Shown: positions 1 to 12,472, counted from the stretch's first letter. The stretch: DNA of 64,000 nucleotides from Candidatus Latescibacterota bacterium (GCA_963707635.1 OY970173.1:1088001-1152000); one strand, 5' to 3'. The notes: generated by a model not told the origin, from the letters alone. Numbers and translations: made by a program.

Positions 1-358
1 AGAGCGGCCGCTTGGTCTTGAAACGCCCGCCGAAGAGGAAGCGAAAGTCACGGACCGCCACGCCGGGTTCCATCTCGACCTGTTGCTTGCTCTCGTCGTC
101 CTGTGCGAAGGTGGCGAAGTCCAGCAGGAAACCGAGGCTCAGTCGAAACGTCGTGACGGGTCCGTCGTACTCGTTCCACTTGACCAGTTTCCGGCGCGGC
201 CCCGATTCTTCGGCCTCGGCGGTCGTGTCGATGGTCGAGTCGGGAGCCGCACCACGCGAATCCTGGCTGCGCGCGGAGGCCGGCGCCATCGCGAGGATCA
301 TCACAATCGTATTAACCAATAAAACCAGACGCGTGAGCGACTCCCGACCTTGTTTCAT
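1..358 (-). CDS. Probable OprO/OprP-like outer-membrane porin, N-terminal part (runs off the window edge)
   Basis: Manual translation MKQGRESLTRLVLLVNTIVMILAMAPASA...KLVKWNEYDGPVTTFRLSLGFLLDFATFAQDDESKQQV...RDFRFLFGGRFKTKRP shows a signal peptide and amphipathic beta strands. ATG lies 4 nt after the asparaginase stop. Confidence 0.6.
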   Translation of the reverse strand, partial: MKQGRESLTRLVLLVNTIVMILAMAPASARSQDSRGAAPDSTIDTTAEAEESGPRRKLVKWNEYDGPVTTFRLSLGFLLDFATFAQDDESKQQVEMEPGVAVRDFRFLFGGRFKTKRPL

Positions 359-362
359 GATG

Positions 363-1445
363 CTAGTACCGATTGAAGTAGTCCTGGACCTTCTTCGCGT
401 CCGACGTCTTCAGCAGGACCAGCTGGAGCAGCACGCGCGCCTTGGCGGGATTGAGCTCCATCGACGCCACCGTGCCGATCTGATCGTCGTTGACTTCGAT
501 GTTGCGGCGGATGATCCCACCGTTGACTCGCGAGGAGCGCACGACGACCACGCCTTGGCGATCGCCGCCTTGGCCGCCTCGATGGCCGGCGCCGTCATGT
601 TGCCGTCTCCGACCCCCGCGATCACCAGGCCCTTGGCTCCGTTCTGAACCGCAGACGTGATCACGTCGGGCGACATGTTCGCGTGGGCATAGATGATGTC
701 CACGCGCGGCAACGCCGTGACGCCGTCGATACTCCAGCTCGCTCTTCCGGTGTGGACCTGGACCGGGCGTGCGCAACCAGGTGTTCTTACCGAACAGCGT
801 CGCGCCGACCAGCCCGACTTCACCGGAACTCATCGTCCCGACGTCCGTCGTGTGCGTCTTGATGATGTCGTGCGCCGAGTGGATGTCGTCGTCGACGGTC
901 ACCAGCACCCCGCGTCCGCGCGCCGCCGGGTCGGCGGCGATACCGACGGCGTTATAGATGTTCAGCGGCCCGTCAGCGCTCATCGCGGTCGAAGGCCGCA
1001 TCGAGCCGGTCAGGACAACGGGCTTGTCGCTCTTGACGACCAGATCCAGAAAGTACGACGTCTCCTCCATCGTGTCCGTTCCGTGCGTGATCACGACGCC
1101 GGCAACGTCGATGTTGGCGAGAATTTCGTTCACGCGCTTTCCGAGTTTCAACCAGACCTCGTCGTTCATGTCCTGGCTGCCGATGCTGGCGATCTGCTCG
1201 CCGGTGACGTCGGCCAGGTCTTTCATCTGTGGCACCGCCTGGATCAGGATGTCGACGCCCACGGCGCCGGACTGGTAACCGGCTTCGGTCTGCGAGGCAG
1301 CCGCCCCGGCGATGGTCCCGCCGGTGGCCACGATCACCACCTTGGGTTTCTTGGGCGTTGCGGGTTTACTGGCGGTCTGCGCCATGGCGCTCGGCGCGAG
1401 CATCAGTGGCGCCAGGAGCAGGCTCATGATTCTTAGTGTTTTCAT
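363..1445 (-). CDS. ansB: Type II (periplasmic) L-asparaginase, with apparent frameshifts near 740-780 and 550
   Basis: Signal peptide, ATGGTIAG, HGTDTMEET and SQDM motifs; GGAGG RBS before ATG 1445. The C-terminal domain (LPRVDIIYAHANM...GVGDGN) is in the alternative frame of ORF 410..823. Confidence 0.9.
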   Translation of the reverse strand: MKTLRIMSLLLAPLMLAPSAMAQTASKPATPKKPKVVIVATGGTIAGAAASQTEAGYQSGAVGVDILIQAVPQMKDLADVTGEQIASIGSQDMNDEVWLKLGKRVNEILANIDVAGVVITHGTDTMEETSYFLDLVVKSDKPVVLTGSMRPSTAMSADGPLNIYNAVGIAADPAARGRGVLVTVDDDIHSAHDIIKTHTTDVGTMSSGEVGLVGATLFGKNTWLRTPGPGPHRKSELEYRRRHGVAARGHHLCPREHVARRDHVCGSERSQGPGDRGGRRRQHDGAGHRGGQGGDRQGVVVVRSSRVNGGIIRRNIEVNDDQIGTVASMELNPAKARVLLQLVLLKTSDAKKVQDYFNRY

Positions 1446-1471
1446 ATCACTTTCCTCCGAGTATTGGTTGG

Positions 1472-2984
1472 TTACTTCTTCTGGTACTTCGCAGGATCCA
1501 GGTTGGTTAGCTTCGATCGGATCGAGAAGCTCTTTTATCTGCGCTTCGGTCAGCATCTTCTGCTTCGCGAATGACCTCGAGGATCCCCTTGCCGCTCTTG
1601 TACGCCTTCTGGCGGCCAACTCGGTCGCCTTCTCGTAGCCGAGCACCGGGTTGAGCGCGGTGACGATGCCGACCGTGGTTTCCATGTAGTGCTCCAGCAC
1701 CTTCTCGTTCACCGTGATGCCGTCGACGCACTTGCTGCGGAACAGCTTCGATACATTAAAAAGCAGGTGCTGCGACTCGATGGGCGCCAGGCCGTTGAGC
1801 GGCTCGTACGCGTTGAGCTGCAGTTGTCCGCTGTGCGCCGCGAGCGACACGGCATAGTCGTTGGCGATCACGCGGAAGCACACGATACCTACTACCTCCG
1901 GTACGACGGGGTTCACCTTGCCCGGCATGATCGATGAGCCGGGCTGGAGCGCGGGCAAATTGATCTCGGACAATCCCGCCCGCGGTCCCGAAGTGAGCAG
2001 GATCAGGTCGCTCGAGATCTTGGCCAGCTTGATGGCCGTGCTCTTGAGAGCGCTCGAGTACACCACGAATCCCTGCTGGTCCCAGGTGGCCGCGATCATG
2101 TCGTCCGCCATGACGATGGGCCGCTTGGTAAGCTTGGCCAGCTCTTCCGCGCACTTCTCCGGGTACCCCTTCGGCACGTTGATGCCGGTGCCGATCGCCG
2201 TCGCACCCATGTTCTCGGCGTACAGGTACTTCTCGGCGTCCTTCAGCAGAGCGATTTCGGCGTCGATTCCCGCCGCGAAGGCGTAGAACTCCTGTCCGAC
2301 CGTCATGGGAACGGCGTCCTGCAGTTCCGTGCGCCCCATCTTGACGATGTACAGAAACTCGGCGCCTTTCTTCTTGAACGACGCCGACAGTTGCTCGAGC
2401 TCCGCGATCAGCTTTTCGTTGCGTAGAATGAGAGCCACCTTGATGGCCGTCGGGTACGAGTCGTTGGTCGACTGAGACATGTTGAGATCATCGTGCGGCT
2501 CGAGATACTGGTACTCGCCCTTCTTGTGGCCGCCCAATTCGAGCCCGATGTTGGCGAGCACTTCGTTCGCGTTCATGTTGGTCGACGTGCCGGCGCCGCC
2601 CTGATACCAGTCGACCAGGAACTGGTCGTGGTACTTGCCGTCCATCACGGCCTTGCAGGCCTTCTCGATCATCGCCAGACGTTCCGGCTTCATCGCTCCG
2701 ACCGCCGTGTTCGCGCGGGCCGCCGCCAGCTTGACGATGGCCCATGCCTCCACGTAGCCCGGGTAGTGATTGATCGCGACGCCGGAGAGTTGGAAGTTCT
2801 CCATCCCCCGCAACGTCTGGATGCCGTAGTACGCGTCAGCCGGAACCTGCTTTTCGCCCAGCAGGTCCTTTTCGGTTCGTGTCGCAGCCGCACCTTTGGC
2901 CGGTTTCGGGTCCGCGGCGGCCGCGAGCGACGCGGCGCACGCCACCACGCAGAAGGCAACGGCGACTATGGTTCTCGTTCTCAT
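1472..2984 (-). CDS. aspA: Aspartate ammonia-lyase with N-terminal signal peptide; C-terminal frameshifts
   Basis: [22 protein letters not shown] and [11 protein letters not shown] motifs; AAAGGA RBS. The natural tail ([14 protein letters not shown]...[16 protein letters not shown]) is recoverable in shifted frames, ending at TAA 1474-1472. Confidence 0.9.
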
Positions 2985-3165
2985 AAGAAGTCCTTTCGGC
3001 ATCGACACTGCTGCCGGCCAAACACCGTCGCCGCGTAATCATTGGAATTACCTGAACGGATTGTCCTGCAGACGATCGATAGCTCTGGCCGGGAGTGTAA
3101 CTCGCTTGCGCCTTCCCGTCTATCCCCGTACTCTAGGAGCCGGCGTAACCGCTGAGGAGGCACAC

Positions 3166-3567
3166 ATGGGTATGATCAAGGAATTCCGCGACTTCGCCGT
3201 CAAGGGCAACATGATCGACATGGCCGTCGGTATCATCATCGGCGGCGCGTTTGGAAAGATCGTCTCGTCACTGGTGAGTGACGTGATCATGCCGCCGCTC
3301 GGTTTGCTGATCGGCGACGTTCCATTTGCCGCCATGAAAGTCACGCTGCGGCAGGCGGCCGATGGTAATGAAGCGGTGACCCTCAACTACGGCAACTTCA
3401 TCGAAACCGCGGTCGACTTTCTTATCGTTGCCTGCGCAATCTTCATGGTTGTCAAGGCGATCAACTCGATGAAGCGCAAGGAAGCGGCCGCTCCTGCAAC
3501 GCCTCCGGCACCGACGAAGGACCAACTGCTGCTGACCGAGATTCGCGATCTGTTGAAGGCGCGCTAG
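3166..3567 (+). CDS. mscL: Large-conductance mechanosensitive channel
   Basis: [37 protein letters not shown]...[20 protein letters not shown]. Confidence 0.97.
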   Translation: MGMIKEFRDFAVKGNMIDMAVGIIIGGAFGKIVSSLVSDVIMPPLGLLIGDVPFAAMKVTLRQAADGNEAVTLNYGNFIETAVDFLIVACAIFMVVKAINSMKRKEAAAPATPPAPTKDQLLLTEIRDLLKAR

Positions 3568-3579
3568 GCGCGCGGGGGA

Positions 3580-4617
3580 CTAGAACGTCCAGCCGAGGCT
3601 GGTGACGAGGCCGTAGTCGTTTTTGGTGGCGGTCGGATCCGGTGGGTCGCTGTCGTAGGAGTCGTAAAAAGAGAGCACGACGGTGAAGTCCCTCACGATC
3701 TCGCGGCTCGCGCTGATGTCGATCTCGGATCGAACACGTCCCCAGCTGGAAAGACTCGGGTAGACCGTGACCGCCGAGGTGATGTCCGTCTTCGGATAAT
3801 CGTAGCGAAACACGGAGAACCCGGCGGAAACGAACGCTTCGAGATTGGAGCTGCTGCTGTCGCCGGCCGACCACTCCCGGTTCACGCTCAAACCGGCGGT
3901 CGAAGCTAGGTCGGTGTGGTTGCTCTGGATCAAATTGGCACCGAGGCCGGACGAAAGTTGCACGCGACGATCCAGCCCCAGTTCGTCGTTGGTCTGGGTC
4001 GCCGCGCTCGTGGTCGAGAACAGCGGTCCATCGAACAAACGGTTGAACGTGAGTGAGATGTCCTCGCGGCGCTGCGTGTCCTCGCCTTCCTGTGCGGTCG
4101 TGATGGAGCTTATGTCCAGGGCGAGGGAACGGATTGGCGTCCGCCGCCGGACGCTGATATCGGTCGACAGTTGTGCCAGGCTGTTCGACTTCGTGTAGCT
4201 GAATCCCACGCTGATCGATCCGTCGAGCTGCTGCCAGAACGACGCCTCCAGGGGCGTGATGGCAACGACGTTTTCCTGCAGAACATGTTGGGTCTCTCCA
4301 CCGTGGATCACCTCGAGCATTCCGTCGTGGCGCAGAAAAATCGCGCCGAAATATTTCTGGCCGACGTGATCCTCGATGCGGAACTGATAGACGCTGTTCA
4401 GCGAATCGACGTCTTCCCACTCGATGTTGAGTGTCCCGATGTCGTTGGTCTTGGCCTGAATGATGCCGCGGTCCATCTGCTTGATTTCGCAGGTCACGCG
4501 GTCGCCGTTAACAAGATAGACCAGGTCGGTCTTGGCGCGCGCGAAAGCCAGGGCGGGGAAAGCGCCCGTGCCGGCCAGTGCGAGCGCAGCCAGAAGAAGG
4601 AGGCAACGAAGGCGCAT
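3580..4617 (-). CDS. DUF481/YdiY-family outer-membrane beta-barrel protein
   Basis: Signal peptide, D.VYLVNGDRVT N-terminal motif, beta-strand pattern, terminal LGWTF. Confidence 0.75.
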   Translation of the reverse strand: MRLRCLLLLAALALAGTGAFPALAFARAKTDLVYLVNGDRVTCEIKQMDRGIIQAKTNDIGTLNIEWEDVDSLNSVYQFRIEDHVGQKYFGAIFLRHDGMLEVIHGGETQHVLQENVVAITPLEASFWQQLDGSISVGFSYTKSNSLAQLSTDISVRRRTPIRSLALDISSITTAQEGEDTQRREDISLTFNRLFDGPLFSTTSAATQTNDELGLDRRVQLSSGLGANLIQSNHTDLASTAGLSVNREWSAGDSSSSNLEAFVSAGFSVFRYDYPKTDITSAVTVYPSLSSWGRVRSEIDISASREIVRDFTVVLSFYDSYDSDPPDPTATKNDYGLVTSLGWTF

Positions 4618-4672
4618 CGTGGCGCCAGCGTAGCACAGCGGACAGAGACGACGGTAGCTGCGAACTTCTTCT

Positions 4673-5857
4673 CTAGAGTTTGGTGAACTCGACGCGGCGA
4701 TTCATCGCGCGCCCTTCGGGTTTGTCGTTGCTCGCCACGGATTTCGTGTCGCCCATGCCGTCGGTCTTGAATCGATCGGCCGCGATCTTGAATTGCTCGG
4801 ACAGCACCTTCGCCACCGCCGCCGCGCGCCGCTTCGACAGGTCGAGGTTGCCGTCAGTCGTCCCCTGGTTGTCGGTATGGCCGAGGATCTGGACCTTCAC
4901 CGTCGCGTTCTTCTCCATGTAGGCCGCGATCTGTCGCAGCACCGGAGCGGACTCCGGCTGCACGACGTCGGAGCCGCTGGCGAAGTAGATTCCGTAGGTG
5001 ACGAGTTTGCCGCCGGCGAAGGGATCCGCCACCGGCTTGTTGCCCTCGGCGAAGCGCACGTTGGTGATCATCGGCTCCTTGTCCGACCAGAGCCAGATCT
5101 GGAAGTTGTCGGGTGGGCCGTTCTCGGGATTGATCTCCGGCACATTGGCCACGCGCTGGCGGTCGACGTACACCTTGAGTGCGGTGCCGCGCGCCATGAA
5201 CATGATGTGGTGTACTGCGCCCCACACCTTGGCACTCTCCAGCGGGGTGTTGGACGTCACCTTGCCGCTTTCGAAGTATGCGTTCTGGCCCGAGTAGGGA
5301 AACGTGGTCGTCCAGACGCTCTGGTCGCCTTTGAGCGCGCTCACGTTGAGCACGTTTCCCGAGGGCTCGCCGCAGTAGAAGTCCAATTCGAGTGTCCAGA
5401 ACTCCGGCAACGCCGGCGCGGCGGGCGTCTTCATGGCAAAGCGGCTTTCCACGCTGGTGCTGCGCAGCCAACGCTGGCCGTTCATTTCGGCGACTTCCAG
5501 CGTGCCCTGGGTCAGTTTCCAGTTGGCCGGAAACTCGCCCAGCTCGTCCTGGGTGAAGTCGTCGAAGAACAGCACCATGTCACCCGGCACGAAATCGAAC
5601 TTGGTCGATACGGCCGATATTGTTTCGCCGGATTCCTTCGCGCTCACCGCTTCGCCGGATGTTTCTGCCGGCTCCGCGGCCTTGTCGGTGGTCTTCGGGT
5701 CCGCCTTGTTAACGGCGTCGTCGGCGGTCTTGTTGGCCTTGTCCTCGGCCTTCTTCTTGAGCTTGTCACCGAGCCCGGCGGGCGACGGGGACGGGTTCGA
5801 AATCGCGGCGAACACGCACAACGCGAAGCATGCTCCGAGCCTCCACAAGCGGGTCAT
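4673..5857 (-). CDS. OmpA-family peptidoglycan-binding protein
   Basis: Signal peptide, KFDFVPGD..FFDDF..D.LGEFP domain, C-terminal GHTD...NLDLSKRRA...NRRVEF; GGAGGA RBS. Confidence 0.9.
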   Translation of the reverse strand: MTRLWRLGACFALCVFAAISNPSPSPAGLGDKLKKKAEDKANKTADDAVNKADPKTTDKAAEPAETSGEAVSAKESGETISAVSTKFDFVPGDMVLFFDDFTQDELGEFPANWKLTQGTLEVAEMNGQRWLRSTSVESRFAMKTPAAPALPEFWTLELDFYCGEPSGNVLNVSALKGDQSVWTTTFPYSGQNAYFESGKVTSNTPLESAKVWGAVHHIMFMARGTALKVYVDRQRVANVPEINPENGPPDNFQIWLWSDKEPMITNVRFAEGNKPVADPFAGGKLVTYGIYFASGSDVVQPESAPVLRQIAAYMEKNATVKVQILGHTDNQGTTDGNLDLSKRRAAAVAKVLSEQFKIAADRFKTDGMGDTKSVASNDKPEGRAMNRRVEFTKL

Positions 5858-6023
5858 GGTCAGGATCCTCCAGCGTTCGGGAAAGGATTGCCGTTGAGCG
5901 ATATGACGGCCCCACCGGGTCCGTGTCACGAACAAATTGTCGGCACGCACCCCTCGGCGCGGTTGGCATTTCGGGCCCGTGTGGACTACAATGGCCCCGG
6001 CCGACGATCGGAGGAGATTTCCC

Positions 6024-7415
<1,392 letters not shown>

Positions 7416-7420
7416 TCGGC

Positions 7421-8386
7421 GTGCTCGTCAATTGCGTCGCCTATCAGGACGGGAAAAAGCTCGCGACCATCGGTGTCGACGAGATCCGCCGCTACACCAG
7501 CCTGCCGGGATGCTTTGTCTGGATAGCGGTCAAGGACCCCGAGCCGGCCGAGCTGGCGGCCCTGGGGGCGGAGTTCGACCTGCACGAGCTGGCCGTGGAA
7601 GACGCGCAGCACGGCCACCAACGCCCCAAGCTGGAGGAATACGGCCATTCGATCTTCGCGGTGCTCCATATGGTGGAGATGACTGGAACTGAATTGGTGG
7701 TCGGCGAAGCGGCCATATTCGTCGGGTCGAACTATGTGGTGTCGGTCCGGCGCGGGACGGAGCGTGGGTTCGCCGACGTGCGCATCCGCACCGAGCGCGA
7801 GCCCGAGCTTTTGCAGCACGGCACGGGGTACGTCCTGTACGCCCTCATGGATGCGATCGTGGATCGCTATTTCCCGGTGCTGGACGCGCTGACGCGGGAG
7901 TTCGAGGAGATCGAAGAGAAACTCTTCGCCGGCCACGCGACCCGGGGGAACATCGAAGGGCTGTACGGCTTGAAGCAGAAGCTCCTGACCATGAAGCATG
8001 CGGCGGAGCCGCTGCTGGAGATGGTGGGGAAGCTATACGGCGGGCGCGTTCCCCAGCTCTGCACCGGCTTGCAGGATTACTACCGCGACGTGTACGACCA
8101 CGTCGTGCGGCTCAACCAATCCATCGACAGCCTGCGTGAAACCATGACCACCGCCATCTCCGTCAACCTCACGCTGATCCAGCTCCACGAGAACGAGGTC
8201 ACCAAGCGCCTCGCGGCGTGGGCCGCGCTGATCGCGGTGCCGACCATGATCGCGGGCGTCTATGGGATGAATTTTCGGTTCATGCCCGAATTGACCTGGA
8301 AGTATGGCTACCCGCTGTCGGTCGGATCGATGCTGGCGATCGATTTGTACATGCTGTACCGGTTCCGAAAGGCGAAGTGGCTCTGA
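7421..8386 (+). CDS. corA: Magnesium/cobalt transporter
   Basis: LHELAVEDA..GHQRPKLEEY, YGMNF signature, two C-terminal TM helices; GTG start. Confidence 0.93.
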   Translation: MLVNCVAYQDGKKLATIGVDEIRRYTSLPGCFVWIAVKDPEPAELAALGAEFDLHELAVEDAQHGHQRPKLEEYGHSIFAVLHMVEMTGTELVVGEAAIFVGSNYVVSVRRGTERGFADVRIRTEREPELLQHGTGYVLYALMDAIVDRYFPVLDALTREFEEIEEKLFAGHATRGNIEGLYGLKQKLLTMKHAAEPLLEMVGKLYGGRVPQLCTGLQDYYRDVYDHVVRLNQSIDSLRETMTTAISVNLTLIQLHENEVTKRLAAWAALIAVPTMIAGVYGMNFRFMPELTWKYGYPLSVGSMLAIDLYMLYRFRKAKWL

Positions 8387-9159
8387 TGCCGACCTACTGG
8401 GAATACCTGAAGATCGACGAACTCCTGGCGCTGCAGCAGCCGGGAGGCGACGAGCACGACGAGATGCTGTTCATCATCATCCACCAGTCGTACGAGCTGT
8501 GGTTCAAGGAAATGCTGCACGAACTGGATTACTTTCAGCTGCTCCTTGCCCGGAAAGATCTGCCGCGCGCGTTTCACACCATGAAGCGCACGCTCACCAT
8601 CCTCAAGATGCTGGTGGCCAAGATCGACATCCTGGAGACGATGACGCCGCTCGAATTCCTCGCGTTCCGCGAGCGGCTGGAATCGGGGAGCGGATTCCAG
8701 TCGGCGCAGTTCCGCGAGCTGGAGTTCGTGCTCGGGCACAAGCGGCGGAGCATGGTGGAGAACTTTCCGGCCGGCTCGCTCGGGCGGGAGAAACTCGCGC
8801 GCCGCTGGGACCAGCCGACGGTGTGGGACGCGTTCGTGCGTTTCATCGCCGACAACGGGTGGCCCGTGCCGCGCGCCGCGGTCGAGCGCGACCTGACGGC
8901 TGCGATCACGCCCTCCGCCGAGATGCAGCAGCTGCTGATCGACGTCTACAAGAGCAACGCGTCGCTCGCCAACCTGTGCGAGCGCATGGTCGACCTCGAC
9001 GAAGGCATGCAGGAGTGGCGTTACCGCCACGTCAAGATGGTCGAGCGCACGATCGGCACCCGGCGCGGCACCGGCGGATCCGAGGGCGCCGAGTATCTCA
9101 AGACCACGCTGATGCGCCCCCTCTTTCCCGACCTCTGGGAGATCCGCACGTCGTTCTGA
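8386..9159 (+). CDS. kynA: Tryptophan 2,3-dioxygenase
   Basis: HDEMLFIIIHQSYELWFK, SGFQSAQFRELE, WRYRHVKMVERTIG.RRGTGGSEG; TGATG overlap with corA. Confidence 0.95.
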   Translation: MPTYWEYLKIDELLALQQPGGDEHDEMLFIIIHQSYELWFKEMLHELDYFQLLLARKDLPRAFHTMKRTLTILKMLVAKIDILETMTPLEFLAFRERLESGSGFQSAQFRELEFVLGHKRRSMVENFPAGSLGREKLARRWDQPTVWDAFVRFIADNGWPVPRAAVERDLTAAITPSAEMQQLLIDVYKSNASLANLCERMVDLDEGMQEWRYRHVKMVERTIGTRRGTGGSEGAEYLKTTLMRPLFPDLWEIRTSF

Positions 9160-9164
9160 CGCCC

Positions 9165-10358
9165 ATGACCTCGCCGTCGGATCTGTATCGCTCCCCCAAC
9201 GCGCTGGTGCCCGATTACTCGCGCTTCCGGGTCGCGGAGCGCCTGCTGCTCACCGGCCACTCGCACCAGGCGTGGCCCGACGTGGCGTTCGAGGGCCAGC
9301 AGCGCGCGTTCCTCGACGCGGCGGAGCTGGTCGACGACAAGTGGCCGCGCGTCTTTGCGGTGGCCGACGAGGTGCGCCGCGGATGGGCGAGGCTCCTGGA
9401 CGACGCGCCGGAGCGCGTCGCGCTGGGCCACAGCACGCACGAGCTGGTGGTGCGCTGGCTCTCCGCGCTTCCGCTGAAGGCGCGCCCGCGCCTGGTTACC
9501 ACCGACGGCGAGTACCATTCCATCCGGCGGCTGGTGGACCGTCTGGCCGAAGAGGGCATCGCGATCCACAAGGAACCCGCCGCGCCGGTTTCGACCCTGT
9601 CGGAACGACTCGCGCGCACGGTGGACGACCGCACCGCCGCGGTGCTGGTGTCGTCGGTGCTGTTTCGCAGCGCCGAGATCGTGCCGAATCTGCGCGCGGT
9701 GGCGAACGCGTGCGCGCGCCACGGCTCGGAGGTCCTGGTCGACGTCTATCACCATCTCAACGTGGTGCCGTTCTCGATTGGCGAGATGGGGCTCGAGCGC
9801 GCGTACGTCACCGGCGGCGGCTACAAGTACTGCCAGCTGGGGGAAGGGAACAGCTTCCTGCGCTTTCCGAAGGGCTGCGCGCTGCGGCCGGTGGCCACGG
9901 GGTGGTTCGCGGAATTCGAAGCGAAGGAGAAAGCGCCCGACGGGCGCGTCGTCTACAGCGACGGGCCGATGCGCTTCGCCGGGGCCACCTACGACCCGAC
10001 CAGTCACTATCGCGCGCGCGAGGTGTTCGGGTTTTTCGAGCAACGCGGGCTTTCGCCCGCGCTCCTGCGCGACGTGAGCCAGCACCAGGTCCGACGCCTG
10101 GTAGAACGCTTCGACGCGCTCGACCTGAACCCGGCGCTCATCACGCGCGATCGCTCGGTCGCGGTGGAAGCGCTGGGTGGTTTCGTGGTGCTGCGCTCGC
10201 CGCGCGCGGGCGATATCTGCCGCGCCCTGCACGCTGCCGGCGTATTCACGGACTACCGCGCGGACGCGCTCCGTGTGGGTCCCGCGCCCTACCTCGCGGA
10301 CGCGCAGATCGACGAGGCGATCGGCAGGCTGGGCGAAGTCTGCCGCCGCATGGGTTAG
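9165..10358 (+). CDS. kynU: Kynureninase (PLP-dependent, class V fold)
   Basis: LTGHSHQAWPD, VDVYH, GGGYKY PLP lysine, GWF; directly follows kynA. Confidence 0.8.
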   Translation: MTSPSDLYRSPNALVPDYSRFRVAERLLLTGHSHQAWPDVAFEGQQRAFLDAAELVDDKWPRVFAVADEVRRGWARLLDDAPERVALGHSTHELVVRWLSALPLKARPRLVTTDGEYHSIRRLVDRLAEEGIAIHKEPAAPVSTLSERLARTVDDRTAAVLVSSVLFRSAEIVPNLRAVANACARHGSEVLVDVYHHLNVVPFSIGEMGLERAYVTGGGYKYCQLGEGNSFLRFPKGCALRPVATGWFAEFEAKEKAPDGRVVYSDGPMRFAGATYDPTSHYRAREVFGFFEQRGLSPALLRDVSQHQVRRLVERFDALDLNPALITRDRSVAVEALGGFVVLRSPRAGDICRALHAAGVFTDYRADALRVGPAPYLADAQIDEAIGRLGEVCRRMG

Positions 10359-10473
10359 GTCTCCGGCCGGCGCGCCAAGTTTGTATGCTGGACACTGCCA
10401 GCGGCCATAGACTATCATCTTGACAGTCCTGCCTCAATCTCGTCGCAGTGCCGCAATCTCAAGGAGAACCCAA

Positions 10474-12436
10474 ATGAGTGTCCGTGCCCTCACCAGACAC
10501 CTGCGGTTTGCCGTTCCATTTTTGCTTACCACCACCAGTGCGGCGTTGTCCCACGCCATGCCGGTCCACCTCTGGAGCAAGGCCGTGGGAGACACGGGTA
10601 TTGTGGTCTGCTACGACCGTCGCGGTAGACGGGGCCGAAGACATCGTGATTACCGGCTCGTTCTACGGAGTCATGGATTTCGGTGGCGGCCCGCTCGTCA
10701 GCGCCGGCGAAGGTGACATCTTCATCGCGAAATACAACGCGGCCGGAGCCCACCTGTGGAGCCAGCGAATCGGAGACATCGATAGTGACACCGGTTTCGC
10801 CCTTGCGGTCGATGCGGCCGGTAACATCTATGTCTCGGGCGGCTTCGCCGGTACGGTCGATTTTGGCGGTGGTGGGTTGGCGAGCGCCGGTGCGAGTGAT
10901 GTCTTTCTGGCCAAGTACAACTCGAGCGGGGTTCACCAGTGGAGTCAGCAATTCGGAAGCACGCTCACCGACATTGGCAGGTCCGTTACCGTCGATCCTT
11001 CCGGTGACATTATTCTCGCCGCCCAGTTTCGCGGCACCGTGAGCTTCGGCGGCGTGGGCCTGGTGAGCGCGGGTCTATCCGACATCGCCCTTGCCAAGTA
11101 CAACTCGAGCGGAGTTCACCAGTGGAGTGAGCGTTGGGGTGGTGCGAACTCCGACATCCCGATGGACGTCGCGGTCGATGGGGCCGGCGATATCGCGGTC
11201 ACCGGTGTGTTTACCGGGACGACGGACCTCGGGGGAGGCCCTTTGGCGAGTGCGGGCTTGAACGATATTTTTCTTGCCCACTACAGCTCGGGCGGGGCTC
11301 ACCAGTGGAGCAAGCGTTTCGGAACCGCGGGCGGGAACGAGTTCGGGGAGAGTGTGGCGATCGACGCGTCCGGCAGGGTCGTGTTCACCGGTCAGTTCAA
11401 CGGGACCGTGGATTTTGGCGGTGGCCCGCTGGTGGGCGCGGGTGGGGCCGATATCTTTCTCGCCCAGTACGACGCCACCGGTTCGCACCAGTGGAGCCAG
11501 CGTTTTGGAGCGGCCGGATCGAATCCGGAGGAGGGCAGAGGTGTCGCCATCGACGCCTCCGGCAACATCACTTGCACGGGCTTTTTCACCGGGACGGTGA
11601 GCTTCGGGGGCGGATCGTTCGTGAGTACTGCGCCTTACGACATTTTCTTCGCCCGGTACAGCTCGAGCGGTGTGCACCAGTGGAGCGCCGCGTTCGGCGG
11701 CCCGAGCTTGGGCTTTAGCGGGGACGCCGGCCAAAGTGTCGCCATCGACGGTCTCGGCGCCACGGTCTTCGTCGGCACCTTCGCGTCGACCGTTAATTTC
11801 GGCGGCGGGACGCTCACGAATCCCGGCACCTATTCCGATGTGTTCATCGTGAAGTTCGTGGAGGATATCCCGATCCCGGTTCTGATATCGAAGTTCGACG
11901 CCGTTGCGCGTCGCGGCAGCGTTGAAGTGAGCTGGGACGTATGGAGCGACGAAGCGCTCGCGAGCTTCTCGCTCTACCGGCGCGAAGGCGATGCCTCCCT
12001 CGCGGCGGCTGTCGCGCAGGGGTCGTTCGACGGCGCTGCCCGCGCGTTTGTTGACGATAGTGTCAAACCCGCGACCACGTATCACTACGAACTCGTGATC
12101 CAGGCGCGTTCCGGCGATGAGTTCCGTTCGCCGGTCGCGACCGTGACCACGCCGGCGGTGGCCGCCTCGCTGGGGCCGAACCACCCGAACCCGTTCAACC
12201 CGACAACGACGATCGAATACACGCTGAGCGAGCCGACGTCGGTGGTCATCAGCATATTCGATGCGTCGGGCGCAGTGGTGGCCCGGCTGGACGACGGACG
12301 GCGCGAGGCCGGCACGCATTCCATCGCCTGGGACGGCCGCAACTCGTCGGGCCGTTCGGTGGGAAGTGGCGTGTATTTCTATCGTCTGGAAGGATCGCCC
12401 GAGGCCGCGACCCGCAAGATGGTGCTACTGAAGTAA
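10474..12436 (+). CDS. Secreted beta-propeller (SBBP-like) repeat protein with C-terminal FlgD-Ig sorting-type domain; frameshift near 10615
   Basis: AAGGAG RBS and signal peptide lie in the frame of ORF 10420..10716. About seven ~61-aa repeats (DIFLAKY.SSG.HQWS.RFG) and the NHPNPFNP...GVYFYRL...KMVLLK tail lie in ORF 10478..12436. Confidence 0.85.
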
Positions 12437-12472
12437 TCTGATCTGAACGTCGTTGCGCACCAGCGCAAGTGC

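Noticed and set aside
363..3008. 881-aa aspartase-asparaginase fusion ORF
   Set aside because: The junction is produced by indels. The natural AspA tail and stop (1472) appear in shifted frames, and ansB has its own RBS and signal peptide. Several nearby frameshifts point to low sequence quality.
10600..10625. Programmed frameshift or phase variation in the propeller gene
   Set aside because: No slippery heptamer or simple-repeat tract is present; a sequencing indel is more likely, though pseudogenisation is not excluded.
10700..11700. CRISPR-like or DGR-like repeats
   Set aside because: The repeats are in-frame protein repeats with a ~183-nt period. No cas or reverse transcriptase gene is in the window.
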